From contig JAZBOO010000211.1 of the NCBI GenBank assembly GCA_036351155.1, positions 1 through 44,470 of the forward strand: a stretch of DNA of 44,470 nt. Reading direction: 5' to 3'. Positions 26,210 to 35,933 of this stretch are shown one piece after another. Under the pieces are notes generated by a model. That model was not told the origin of the DNA. It made no database searches and was given only the letters and a program-made list of their open reading frames with translations. Each line of letters opens with the position of its first letter. The stretch's first letter is position 1. The translations under genes and the position numbers were made by a program. Source of the stretch: Candidatus Krumholzibacteriia bacterium (lineage in GTDB: Bacteria > Krumholzibacteriota > Krumholzibacteriia > LZORAL124-64-63).

Positions 26210-28459
26210 TCAGAAGTCGTAGTCCACTCCCAGAGCGAAGTTGCGCCCCGGTCCCGGAGTGTAATGGTTTTCGCCGCTGTAGTCGACGCCCCCCCAGGCA
26301 TTGTAGTATCCCGTGGTTTCGTACTCCACGTCACCAAGATTACGCAAGTGCAGGAAGGCCCGGGCCCCCTCCAGGGGCGTGATCCCCACCGCCGCCAGGT
26401 CCATCCACAGACTGAAATCCACGGTGGTCCAGGGGTCGATCACCCGGTCCTGATTGCCGGTGTTGTCCAGCTGCTGCTGTCCCACACGGCGCACCCTGAT
26501 CTGACTGGCCACCCGCGGGTTCCACTGAGTGCGCATGGCCACCGACAGCAGATGTTCGGGGAACAGGGCGATGGGGTTGCCCGAGAAATCGGCCTGGCTG
26601 CCGTCGTAGTCGGTGAACAGGAAGGTGTCGAACTCGTCCCAGCTGCGTGAGGCGGCCACCGTCAACTGGTTGGACGGAGTGACCCGGGCCCGCAACCCCA
26701 GCTCGAATCCCCGATGCAAGGTCTGGCCCGCGTTGCCCCGGATGCCCAGACCATCCTCGTCCACTCCACCGTAGGGCACGATCTCGTCCTGGAAATCCAT
26801 CCAGTAGCCGCCCAGCGTGAAGCTGAGGTTCTCGCCGGCCCAGCTGAAGCCGGCCTCGTAGTCGATCACCTTTTCCTCCGACACCTGAGGATCATACCAC
26901 TCCACGTACTCGATGGTCGACCCATCGGTCCCGTAAACGTTGCGACTGCGGCCAAAAAGGGGCTGCACACCCAGGTCATCACCGCCCTGCCAGGTGTCGA
27001 AGAGGTCGCCATCGGCCGGCTCACGTCGATTGACGCCCACGCTGCCGTAAAACGCCAGATCGCCCCCACGCAGCTGACCCGCCTGATAGTGCAGGCCCCC
27101 CTTGGGATTGAAGAAATCATACTTCACGGTATAGGCATTGCGCAGATCACCGCGGAAGTTGCCCACCTCGTTCTGCATGAACCGATACTGCTTGTGCTGG
27201 TACTGCAGATCCGCCATGACCGTCAGGCCCGGCAGCAGTTCCCAGTGCTCGTTCACGTACACCGACACGGCGTCCTTGTCGCCGGTGTAGGAGTGGTACT
27301 TCATGCTGCGGGCCAGCAGGTCGGCCGGGGTGTACCCCGCCACACCCAGGACATCGCCCCAGTGATTGGAATGGAAGGTGTACCAGTCGCCCCCCACGAT
27401 CAGGCGCCCCTTGGCCTGCTTCCATTGCAGCTGCGGCACCCATCCCACCTGGTCCTTGCGGACATATTTCCGCCGCACCAGGTCCACCTCTTCATCGGCC
27501 GCCAGCCCCAGAAAACGGTCCAGGGAATAGTCCGCCGCATCTTCCCCGTCCTTGAAGTTCTCGTAATAGCCCTCGCCCTGCACGTAGTAAAGGCTGTTGT
27601 TCAGGGTCAGGTTTTTGCCCAGGAAGTACTTGTGATGCAGTTCCACATGCGGCTGCAGAAAATCGTCGATGGCGTTGTGGTAGGTTTCCGGGTTGTGGGT
27701 CCGGTCCACCGCCAGAGCCGACTCGGGACTGCTGTCCCAGGCGTGCTGGGTTTGCTCGCGCCCGGTGTAGATGTTGATCTGGGTGATGCTGTTGGTGGTC
27801 TGATGCAAGCCGCTCCAGAACACCGCCCACTGGTCCACGGCCGAGCGCTGGCGAAAACCGTCGCTCTTCTGATGGGTCATGCGCAGGCTGGTCCGGAAAC
27901 CCCCTTCCAGTTCGCCCGTCTCGTAGCTCATCATCTGCCGCCCGAAACCATAGCTGCCATACCCCAGGCTCATGCGTCCCCGGGCTTCGGGGCCCAGAAC
28001 GCCCGTCACCAGGTTGACGGTGCCGCCCATGGCCGACAGACCGCCGATGGAGTTGGTCACCCCGCGCTGCACCTGCACGTCCTGCAAGCTGGCCGCCAGG
28101 TCGGGCATGTCCACCCACCACAGCTGGTGGTCTTCGGGATCGTTGAAGGGGATCCCGTTGACCAGAACGCCCACGCGCCGCTGATCGAAGCCGCGGATGC
28201 GCAGGTAGGTGTAGCCCAGGCCGCTGCCGGCATCGCTGTAGGCGAACAGGCCGGGCACATCCTGCAGGAGCATGGGGAGCGGCAGATCCGGCTCGCGGAA
28301 CTGGAGGTCCTCGGCCGTCAGGTTGGTCTGATTCAGATGGACGGTGTCATCGTAGCGGGAAGCGGTCACCACCACTTCCTCGTCAGGCACAGCGTCCTGG
28401 GCCAGGGCCAGGCCCGCCGGCAGGACCAGGAGCAGGGTCAACAAAAATCGTGTGAGCAT
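26210..28459 (-). CDS. TonB-dependent receptor, probably thiamine uptake
   Basis: Signal peptide, TonB-box-like EEVVVTASR, plug motif SDAGSGLGYTYLRIRGFD...NGIPFNDPE and C-terminal GVDYDF. Lies downstream of a TPP riboswitch. Confidence 0.92.
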   Translation of the reverse strand: MLTRFLLTLLLVLPAGLALAQDAVPDEEVVVTASRYDDTVHLNQTNLTAEDLQFREPDLPLPMLLQDVPGLFAYSDAGSGLGYTYLRIRGFDQRRVGVLVNGIPFNDPEDHQLWWVDMPDLAASLQDVQVQRGVTNSIGGLSAMGGTVNLVTGVLGPEARGRMSLGYGSYGFGRQMMSYETGELEGGFRTSLRMTHQKSDGFRQRSAVDQWAVFWSGLHQTTNSITQINIYTGREQTQHAWDSSPESALAVDRTHNPETYHNAIDDFLQPHVELHHKYFLGKNLTLNNSLYYVQGEGYYENFKDGEDAADYSLDRFLGLAADEEVDLVRRKYVRKDQVGWVPQLQWKQAKGRLIVGGDWYTFHSNHWGDVLGVAGYTPADLLARSMKYHSYTGDKDAVSVYVNEHWELLPGLTVMADLQYQHKQYRFMQNEVGNFRGDLRNAYTVKYDFFNPKGGLHYQAGQLRGGDLAFYGSVGVNRREPADGDLFDTWQGGDDLGVQPLFGRSRNVYGTDGSTIEYVEWYDPQVSEEKVIDYEAGFSWAGENLSFTLGGYWMDFQDEIVPYGGVDEDGLGIRGNAGQTLHRGFELGLRARVTPSNQLTVAASRSWDEFDTFLFTDYDGSQADFSGNPIALFPEHLLSVAMRTQWNPRVASQIRVRRVGQQQLDNTGNQDRVIDPWTTVDFSLWMDLAAVGITPLEGARAFLHLRNLGDVEYETTGYYNAWGGVDYSGENHYTPGPGRNFALGVDYDF

Positions 28460-28518
28460 GGCGCACCTCGCAAGGTTGGCCAGGCGGGGGACCCGTGATT
28501 TCACGGCAAAGCAGGCAC

Positions 28519-28543
28519 AAAAAAAGGCGCCACCGCTGGCGCC
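28519..28543 (-). terminator. Riboswitch expression-platform terminator
   Basis: Minus strand GGCGCCA-GCGG-TGGCGCC followed by T7, just 3' of the TPP aptamer. Confidence 0.8.
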
Positions 28544-28552
28544 AGATACGGC

Positions 28553-28665
28553 CCGTTTCCCTACGCCGGCATGATCCGGTTCAGGTTCGAAGGGTTTATC
28601 TCAGGCTGGTCCGGATTTTTCCCGGGCCCCGGACCTCACGGTCCGATTCAAGCCACCCCTAACGG
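28553..28665 (-). ncRNA. TPP riboswitch (THI element)
   Basis: Minus strand CCGTTAGGGGTGGCT...AGCCTGAGATAAACCCTTCGAACCTGAACCGGATCATGCCGGCGTAGGGAAACGG. Contains the conserved CTGAGA, CCCT.GAACCTGA and GCGTAGGGA elements, with P1 pairing CCGTT/AACGG. Confidence 0.96.
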
Positions 28666-28737
28666 TAAGAAGCGAACATAACCGCCTTTGCTTATGGTGT
28701 CAAACTCAGCCCAAGTTGCCATCGCGAGGAGCAGGCC

Positions 28738-30372
28738 ATGGACCAGGAAAAACGGGAAACCGTGCACAGCTATCATCAGCAGACCAAGCACCATTTCAGC
28801 CGCTATGCCCGGTCGCTGGGATTCATGGACTGGTCCACCCAGCCGGCCCCCTTTCGCCGTTTCGAGGGCACCGAGGTTTTCCCGCTGGTTCTGCCCGACG
28901 ACTCTCCCGATGCCCCGGCCGGACCGGACTGGGACAGACTTTTCGCGGCGCCGCTGGCCCCCCAGTCGTTGAACCAGGCCACTCTGAGCCGCTTCTTCAG
29001 CCTCAGCCTGGCCCTGTCGGCCTGGAAGCAGGTCATCTCGCCCGAGGGCGAGATCGTTTCCCGCTGGGCGTTGCGGGTCAATCCCTCCAGCGGCAACCTT
29101 CATCCCACCGAGGGCTACCTGGTGACCCCCGGTGTGGAGGGTCTGGAGGCCGGCCCGGGCGTGTTCCACTACGCGCCCGACGATCATCTGCTGGAAAAGC
29201 GTGGTGCCCTGGCCCCGGAAGCCGTGGATTTGCTGGGCCAGGCTCTTCCTGCCGGAAGCTTTCTGATCGGACTGACCTCCATTCACTGGCGCGAGGCCTG
29301 GAAGTACGGCGAACGCGCCTTTCGCTACTGTCAGCACGATGTGGGGCACGCCCTGGCCGCCCTGTCCCTGGCTGCCGCCTGCCTGGGCTGGCGCGCGCGT
29401 CTGGTCGAAGACATCAATCCCGAGTTCCTGGCCCACCTGCTGGGCACCGACACGCAGGACGGCCCCGAGAAGGAGCAGGCCGATTGCCTGCTGCTGATCG
29501 GCGCAGACCTGGATTTGAAGAGTACCCTGGAGCAGGTGGGCACCGACCTGGAGATGCTGGGGCAGCCCAACACCTTGAGCTCCTCCCATCAGGACTGGCC
29601 GGTGATTCAGGAGGTGGCCGCAGCCACCGAACAGGCGGTGGTGGCAGGACCCGTCCCCCCTCCGGCACCTCACCTGCCCACCGGGCCCTCCCGCCATCGC
29701 GATGCCCATCGTCTGATCCGCGGCAGACGCAGCGCCGTCAACATGGACCGCAAGACACACCTCGACCGAGACTCATTTTTCCGGATCATGCATCGCGCCC
29801 TGCCCCATCAGCAGACGCCTTTTGACACGCTGGCCTGTGAGCCGGATGTGTCGCTGGTGCTGTTTATCCACCGGGTCGATGGTCTGGATCCAGGGCTGTA
29901 TGTCCTGGTGCGCCACCCGGACCACGAGAACTCGCTGCGGTCATGCATTCGCCCCGAGTTCAGCTGGCGAAAGCCGGAGGCCATTCCCGAGAATCTGCCT
30001 CTGTACCAGTGGGCCAGCGGCGATGTCACCCGCCCCGCCCGACAGCTGAGCTGCAACCAGGCCATTGCCGGCGAGGGTGTGTTTTCTCTGGGCATGCTGG
30101 CACGGTTCGGCCCCACCCTGGCTCAGCACGGGCCCGGTTACTACCGTCAGCTTTTCTGGGAAACGGGAACCATCGGACAGATTCTCTACCTGGAAGCGGA
30201 GGCGGCGGGACTGCGGGGCACGGGCATCGGTTGCTACTTCGATGACGAGTTCCACAAGCTCCTGGGCCTGCAGGACGACACCTGGCAAAGTCTGTACCAC
30301 TTCACCGTGGGCGGCCCCCTGGGCGACAACCGCCTGCAAACAGTCGGGGCCTATGACCACCTCAAGCGCTGA
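28738..30372 (+). CDS. SagB/ThcOx-family two-domain nitroreductase
   Basis: Motifs YHQQTKH, LRVNPSSGNLHPTEGY, WREAWKYGERAFRYCQHDVGH, RRSAV and GQILYLEAEA.G.RGTGIGCYFDD. Confidence 0.9.
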   Translation: MDQEKRETVHSYHQQTKHHFSRYARSLGFMDWSTQPAPFRRFEGTEVFPLVLPDDSPDAPAGPDWDRLFAAPLAPQSLNQATLSRFFSLSLALSAWKQVISPEGEIVSRWALRVNPSSGNLHPTEGYLVTPGVEGLEAGPGVFHYAPDDHLLEKRGALAPEAVDLLGQALPAGSFLIGLTSIHWREAWKYGERAFRYCQHDVGHALAALSLAAACLGWRARLVEDINPEFLAHLLGTDTQDGPEKEQADCLLLIGADLDLKSTLEQVGTDLEMLGQPNTLSSSHQDWPVIQEVAAATEQAVVAGPVPPPAPHLPTGPSRHRDAHRLIRGRRSAVNMDRKTHLDRDSFFRIMHRALPHQQTPFDTLACEPDVSLVLFIHRVDGLDPGLYVLVRHPDHENSLRSCIRPEFSWRKPEAIPENLPLYQWASGDVTRPARQLSCNQAIAGEGVFSLGMLARFGPTLAQHGPGYYRQLFWETGTIGQILYLEAEAAGLRGTGIGCYFDDEFHKLLGLQDDTWQSLYHFTVGGPLGDNRLQTVGAYDHLKR

Positions 30373-31347
30373 TCAACCGACCACCGACTGCACAAACGCC
30401 ACCGCCCGTTGCTCGCTGTAGTATAGCCCCCCCGGCAACCGGAACCCCACATGACCGCCGTGGCGCGGCATTTCGAGGTGGAAACAGGAAGAAGCTTCGG
30501 CTTCCTCGACGGGGTAGCATCGCGGCCCCAGAAAGGGATCGTCCTGCGCGCTGACCAGCAAGGTGGGCAAGGTGATCCTCGGCAAAAACTGACGACTGCT
30601 GCAGCGGCGATAATAATCCTCGGCCCCGGCATAACCGCTCAAGGGTCCGGTGAAGAACTCGTCGAAGTCCCATAGATTGCGCACCCGGGCCAGCCGGTCC
30701 CGGTCGATCTGATCCGGAAACATTTCAGCCTTCTGCTCGGTCTTGGCGATGAGCTTGCGCAGAAACCGCCGCCGATAGAAAACATTGGCCCGCCGCCGCA
30801 GCTGGCGCTCGCCATCGGCCAGATCGATGGGCACCGAGAAGACCACGGCGGCCCGCAGATCGTCATGCCGACCGGCCGGATCTTCCCCCAGGTACTTGAG
30901 GATCAGATTCCCCCCCAGGCTGAACCCCACCAGGGCAGCCACCCGGTGACCTGTGCCCGCCAGCTGGTCCAGCACCTCGCGCAGGTCCTCGGTGGCCCCG
31001 CTATGGTAGGAAAAGGCCCGACGGTTGGGCTCGCCGCTGCAGCCCCGGTAGTTCATACCCACCACTTGCCAGCCGGCTCCGGCGAAAGCCCGCGCCATGC
31101 CCAGCATGTACTGGCGGCCGGTGTTGCCCTCCAGCCCATGACACAGGACCACCGTGGGTTGGTCCCCCGGAGGCCCCTCGTGGGAGAAGTCCAGATCCAG
31201 GAAATCGCCGTCCACCAGGGAAATCCGTTGCCGTCGCCAGTTCACCCCGTCCACCCGGCGCAGCAAGGTGGGCAGGCTGGTGGCCAGATGCGCGTGGCGA
31301 TACATCCCGCAGGGGCGGTATCCCGACCCCTCAACCCTGGGCGACAT
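30373..31347 (-). CDS. YheT-like alpha/beta-fold hydrolase
   Basis: Motifs DGDFLDLD, HGLEG, RGCSGEPN, GFSLGG (nucleophile), DDPF and GGHVGF. Confidence 0.92.
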   Translation of the reverse strand: MSPRVEGSGYRPCGMYRHAHLATSLPTLLRRVDGVNWRRQRISLVDGDFLDLDFSHEGPPGDQPTVVLCHGLEGNTGRQYMLGMARAFAGAGWQVVGMNYRGCSGEPNRRAFSYHSGATEDLREVLDQLAGTGHRVAALVGFSLGGNLILKYLGEDPAGRHDDLRAAVVFSVPIDLADGERQLRRRANVFYRRRFLRKLIAKTEQKAEMFPDQIDRDRLARVRNLWDFDEFFTGPLSGYAGAEDYYRRCSSRQFLPRITLPTLLVSAQDDPFLGPRCYPVEEAEASSCFHLEMPRHGGHVGFRLPGGLYYSEQRAVAFVQSVVG

Positions 31348-32311
31348 ATCCCGAAATCACCTGGCTGTAGGTGGCCACATCGGTCAGGGTCAGCCGCTCG
31401 AAACCCGCTTCGGTGATCAGCTGCAAAGCTTCGGTGCGGGTGTAGGTTTTTCCCCCTGCGGTGTTGACCAGCATGTTCACGCTGAACTGGGCCCCGGCCT
31501 GGGGAGCAGACCGGCTGTCCTCCAGGAAGAAGTCCTTGAGCAGCAGACGGCCTCCGGGCACCAGGGCGGCGCGCGCCTTGGCCAGGAGGGCGCGGGTGTG
31601 ATCGGAGTCCATCATGTGGATGATGTTGGAGATGTAGACCACATCGAATCCCTCGGGGAGCGCATCGGTGTGGAAGTCCCCGGCCACGGCGGTGATGCGG
31701 TCCGTCAGACCGGCCTTCTCCACCTCCTCGCGACCGATGTTCACCGGGCCCTCCAGGTCATACACCACGCAGGAAAGCTCGGGAAAAGCCCGGGCCAGAA
31801 TGATCGAAGACGTGGCCGGACCGCCTCCCAGGTCCAGCAGGCGCCGGGCATCGGTCAGGTCGATCTTGGCCGCCACCTCCTTGCTGCTCTGCCGGGAAAT
31901 GTTCTCCATGCCGCAGATGAAATCGCGCATCTGCTGTTCGTCCCGCGGCTGATGGCGCACCGGCTCGCCCGTTTTCAGCACCTCGTCCAGGTAGGCCCAG
32001 TTGCGCATCATGAACAGGTTGTGCCCCATGATGCTTTTCAAGGTCCGGGGACTGTCGCCGAGCAGCAAGGGCAAAGCTTCGGGTTCGGTGGCGAAAGTTT
32101 CGCCTTCCTGGCGCACCACGCCGCTGGCCGCCAGGGCGTGCAGGACCACGTCGGTGGCACGAGGATCCAGCTCTGCCGCCTTTGCCACCTGATCAGGTGT
32201 TTTCCACTCGTCGCCCAGGGCCTCGAAAATTCCCGCCCGCAGGGCATTCAACAGGATGGCCGCATCCTTGAATCCCCATGCCATTTCATTGATACGCTGA
32301 ACCCAGGTCAT
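31331..32311 (-). CDS. SAM-dependent O-methyltransferase (Methyltransf_2 with dimerisation domain)
   Basis: N-terminal winged dimerisation domain, plus LLDLGGGP, GDF, SNIIH and LVPGGRLL. ATG 32311. Confidence 0.9.
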   Translation of the reverse strand: MTWVQRINEMAWGFKDAAILLNALRAGIFEALGDEWKTPDQVAKAAELDPRATDVVLHALAASGVVRQEGETFATEPEALPLLLGDSPRTLKSIMGHNLFMMRNWAYLDEVLKTGEPVRHQPRDEQQMRDFICGMENISRQSSKEVAAKIDLTDARRLLDLGGGPATSSIILARAFPELSCVVYDLEGPVNIGREEVEKAGLTDRITAVAGDFHTDALPEGFDVVYISNIIHMMDSDHTRALLAKARAALVPGGRLLLKDFFLEDSRSAPQAGAQFSVNMLVNTAGGKTYTRTEALQLITEAGFERLTLTDVATYSQVISGYVAQG

Positions 32312-32370
32312 TGCCCTGCCTTTCGTTGGTGTGGATCCATTGTAGCGACAGAAGGGGAGGATGGGCAATG

Positions 32371-32396
32371 GAAAGCGCGCCGGAAATCCGGCGCGC
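32371..32396 (-). terminator. Possible terminator after the HD-GYP gene
   Basis: Perfect 9-bp GC stem (GCGCGCCGG/CCGGCGCGC), but only a short T run on the minus strand. Confidence 0.45.
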
Positions 32397-32424
32397 ATGA
32401 TAAGCAGGGGAAGGACCCGGGTGG

Positions 32425-33867
32425 TTACAAAGCCGACCCGGCGGGTTCTTCCAGGCCCACGGCCAGGAACTCCTGGATTTCCAGATCCAGGGTGGTGTCC
32501 AGATCGATGGCCACCTGACTTTCCGCAGGTAGAGGCAATCCCCCGTACTCATGGGTGATCCGGATGCGCGGCCGCTCGGCGTGATCACTCTGGGCCACCA
32601 CCACCGCCCGGCGAAAATCGTTCAGCAAAACCTCGCTGCCCGGCGGATAGAGGCCCATGGACCGGAACAGGGCGGCCACCAGCTCGGTGCGGAAAGCGCC
32701 CCTGTCCTGCAGCATGATCTCGTAAGCCTTGCGGGGCGGCAGTGGCATCTTGTAGGGACGCGTGGCGGTCAACGCTTCGAAGACATCACACACGTGGATC
32801 AGGGCCGCCGTGACTCCGGGCTCACCGGTCTGGCCTATCCGAGGATACCCTTTGCCGTCCTGACGCAGGTGATGACCCCAGGCCGCTGAAAGAACGGCCG
32901 AGCTGGTTTCTCCATTGGCCAGCAGGATCCGCGCCCCGAGAACCGGGTGGGTCTCCATGATGCTGCGCTCGTCCGCATCCAGCTTGCCCGGCTTGAACAG
33001 GATTTCCTCGGGTATGCGTCCCTTGCCCAGATCGTGCAACAGCCCGGCGGTGGCCACTTCCACGCGCTGCTCCCGGGCCCACCCCAGTTCCCGACCGATC
33101 AACGAAGCCAGGGCCGCCACCCGCACCGAATGTCCGATGGTGTAGCTGTCGTAATCGGGATAACGCATGAACTGCATGACATCCAGCGCGCCCTGGTCGG
33201 ACACCGCCACCAGCTCTTCGCCACGGGAGCGGGCGCTGTCCAGATCCACGCGGGCATCGCCCCCGGCCGCCCGGTTGTTGGTGTTGACCGTTTCATACAG
33301 CGCCTGGTAGACGTTCAGCAAGGGGGCGAAGTCGATGGTCAATCCATCGCTCGGGGTCAGGTTTTCCTGGCCTGGCGAAGAAGAGTTTTCGGTCCCTTCC
33401 CGCCCCCCATCCGCCCCGCGGCTTGCACCGCCCTCTCGTTTGCCCTCAGTGTAAGGCAGGAGCAAGCGAATGCTGGACAATCCCCTGGCATCCATCCGCT
33501 GGCGCGCCTCTTCGAGGGTGGCCACCGGCTCGGTCTGCTCGGCCGCCAGCCGGTAAAAAGCCACCAGCTGGGGAATTTCCAGGGGCAGGGAAAAGGCGAA
33601 TCCTCCGCACTGCATTCGCTCGGCAAATCGGATCAGGGATCGTCCAGCAATGGACGGGCCCACCAGATACTTCCGGTGGCGAATGAACTTTCCGTTGAAA
33701 ACCCCGAACGTGAATTCCTTCTCATCGGAGGCATCCAGCAGGTCGATCAGCCTCTTCTTGAACTCCACACACTGGGCCTGGACCTTCGGGTGGTTGTCGA
33801 AATACATGATGCGCTGATTGATGCCGCTGGCCAGCAAGATGATCAGGTCGCTGAACTGCTTTTCCAT
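32425..33867 (-). CDS. HD-GYP domain cyclic-di-nucleotide phosphodiesterase
   Basis: Motifs YTIGHSVRVA, LHDLGK, KPGKL, HHLRQDGKGYP and DVFEALTATRPYK. Confidence 0.92.
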   Translation of the reverse strand: MEKQFSDLIILLASGINQRIMYFDNHPKVQAQCVEFKKRLIDLLDASDEKEFTFGVFNGKFIRHRKYLVGPSIAGRSLIRFAERMQCGGFAFSLPLEIPQLVAFYRLAAEQTEPVATLEEARQRMDARGLSSIRLLLPYTEGKREGGASRGADGGREGTENSSSPGQENLTPSDGLTIDFAPLLNVYQALYETVNTNNRAAGGDARVDLDSARSRGEELVAVSDQGALDVMQFMRYPDYDSYTIGHSVRVAALASLIGRELGWAREQRVEVATAGLLHDLGKGRIPEEILFKPGKLDADERSIMETHPVLGARILLANGETSSAVLSAAWGHHLRQDGKGYPRIGQTGEPGVTAALIHVCDVFEALTATRPYKMPLPPRKAYEIMLQDRGAFRTELVAALFRSMGLYPPGSEVLLNDFRRAVVVAQSDHAERPRIRITHEYGGLPLPAESQVAIDLDTTLDLEIQEFLAVGLEEPAGSAL

Positions 33868-33868
33868 A

Positions 33869-35800
33869 TCACTTGCCCTCCTGAGCCAGAGCCTGGGCGG
33901 CCATCACGCGACACGGTTCGGGCCACTCCATGAAGAACAGCCAGCGCTTGCTCCGGACCACCTGCTCCAGCAGGGGTTGAGCCACCGGGACTTCCAGTTC
34001 TCCCAGACTGGCCAGAGCACCCGCCACCCAGGTTTCGGTGCGCTGGTCCCGGGGAAGTTCTCCCAGGAACCCCATCAGCAGGACCGCCACCCGCTCCTTG
34101 AGTTCCGGATCCATCAACCCGGGATCAGGCTGGGCCATCAGCTCCAGGTAGAAAGGCAGATTGCTGGCCTGGTGCCTGGGCAGGACGGTCATCACCGCCT
34201 TGACCAGGTTGCTGAAGGGCCGCGATTTCAGATGGGCGTGCAGGCTGCGGCCCAGCCAGGACGCCAGTGGCGACGAGGCCAGGGCACGATGCACACTGTA
34301 CAGTTCCGTCACCGGGGCCTGGAACAGGTCGGCCGCTCCCCGACGCTGACTCATCGCCGGGCGCTCCAGCAGGCGAGGCAACTGGGCTTCCGCTCCCTCG
34401 GCAGAGATGGTGCCCACCCAGGACAGCAGTTGCCGGCGTTTATCCGCCTCCAGGGTGCCCAGACCCAGGAGAATATCATTCATCAGGTGAGGCCATACGA
34501 TGGGCAGATCCTCGGGGCTGGCCACCTGTTTGATGCGGTCCCAGAATTCCCCCACGAGGGTGGGCTGGCCGCGCCGCAGGGCCTCGGTCAAGCTGGCAAT
34601 CAGATGATCGGCCGCCTCGGCAAATCCGCTGTTCAGTCCCGCTTTCACGGCCTCCAGGGCCGGGGCCAGATCGTCGGGCCGGAAGGCTTGCCGGGACCAC
34701 AAAGCCGCCAGCGAGGATTCCAGACTTTGCCGCAGGGAAGCGGGCGGGTCAGTCCCCAGCAAGTACAGGCACATGGCCGTGTGATTCTCCACCGCCCCCT
34801 GGGCGGGATCGAGAGTCGCCGTCGTTTCTTCGGACAGGGAATGCATCTCTCTTAGCAGGCCGTCCACCGTCCAGGCGTAGGAAAAATCCTGAATGCGCGC
34901 CGCTTCGATCCCCGCCTTCCAGCCTGCTCCTCCGATGAGATCCTTGCGCAGAACCTGGAAAACCAGATCGGCCCGGCCCGGATCCCGGCTGAGATCCAGG
35001 GCTGACCGGGCATGTTCGATCAAATCCAGCAGCTGTCGAGGCGTGGGATTGATTTCCACCAGACGCTCCAGCCCCTGACGCAGGGCTTGCAGCTCGGACC
35101 TGGACACCATGGACTGACCGAATCCCTCGTCCCCGGCCCCCTGTGCGGGCAAGAATTGCTCCAGGTTTTGCAGGATGCGATTGACCAGCTCCATGAACTC
35201 CTTGGCCAGTCGTTCGTTTTCCGGAACCGCCGCCTCCGCATCGACAGCAGGAACGCCCAGCAGGGCATCCAGGCCCAACCCGGCGTTCCCCATGCCTCCC
35301 GTTCCCACCTTTTGCGCCTGAGCTTCCCTCACGCTACGGCTGACCGACCGGACCGAATCGGGCAGGTTGTGGATCACCACTTCCTGGAACGAATCGCTGT
35401 GGACCATCTTGAGCTTGTGGTCCTGGAGAACGGCCAGGGCACTGCGCAGGTCCTCCCCAGTCAACTGGTCGCCAATCTCCAGCTGGGCGATGTTCAACGG
35501 CACCAGCAATTCATGAATTTGCCGCACATGGCGATGGGCATGAGCCACCTGCTGATCACCGATCATCAAGCCTTCGGATGTGATCTCGAGGGTCAGGGAA
35601 GGGCGGGGGGAAATGGCCTGCCGGATAGCCTGGGCCGCCTCGTTGGAGGCCAGGATGTACTGATCATGACCGGTGGAGTAGTACGAGCCCAGGGTCAGCA
35701 TCTTGTCCACGGATTTCAGCAGAACCGCCGCATCCGCCAGAAGAGGCTGGCCCTGGATATCCAGAATTCGTTCCGAATCGTTGCGCAGCTGTAAATCCAT
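33869..35800 (-). CDS. Hypothetical alpha-helical (HEAT-like) protein coupled to the HD-GYP gene
   Basis: Leu/Ala-rich ORF from ATG 35800 with GAGGTG SD. Ends 1 bp before the HD-GYP start. Confidence 0.75.
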   Translation of the reverse strand: MDLQLRNDSERILDIQGQPLLADAAVLLKSVDKMLTLGSYYSTGHDQYILASNEAAQAIRQAISPRPSLTLEITSEGLMIGDQQVAHAHRHVRQIHELLVPLNIAQLEIGDQLTGEDLRSALAVLQDHKLKMVHSDSFQEVVIHNLPDSVRSVSRSVREAQAQKVGTGGMGNAGLGLDALLGVPAVDAEAAVPENERLAKEFMELVNRILQNLEQFLPAQGAGDEGFGQSMVSRSELQALRQGLERLVEINPTPRQLLDLIEHARSALDLSRDPGRADLVFQVLRKDLIGGAGWKAGIEAARIQDFSYAWTVDGLLREMHSLSEETTATLDPAQGAVENHTAMCLYLLGTDPPASLRQSLESSLAALWSRQAFRPDDLAPALEAVKAGLNSGFAEAADHLIASLTEALRRGQPTLVGEFWDRIKQVASPEDLPIVWPHLMNDILLGLGTLEADKRRQLLSWVGTISAEGAEAQLPRLLERPAMSQRRGAADLFQAPVTELYSVHRALASSPLASWLGRSLHAHLKSRPFSNLVKAVMTVLPRHQASNLPFYLELMAQPDPGLMDPELKERVAVLLMGFLGELPRDQRTETWVAGALASLGELEVPVAQPLLEQVVRSKRWLFFMEWPEPCRVMAAQALAQEGK

Positions 35801-35877
35801 GACCGGAACACCTCGGTGGCCGTGACTTGGTGGTTGAAATACTCCTCTCGTTATCGACCCTGTAAGGTGTGTCTTTA

Positions 35878-35916
35878 AGAAAAGGTCGGCAGCCCGGAAG
35901 CCGCCGACCCATTTTT
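35878..35916 (-). terminator. Intrinsic terminator after yceI
   Basis: Minus strand GGTCGGCGGC-TTCCGG-GCTGCCGACC-TTTTCTT. Confidence 0.7.
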
Positions 35917-35933
35917 GCCACAGCGGGCCATGA

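Noticed and set aside
28738..32311. RiPP/secondary-metabolite cluster (SagB-like, hydrolase, methyltransferase)
   Set aside because: The genes are convergent, and there is no YcaO, precursor peptide or exporter.
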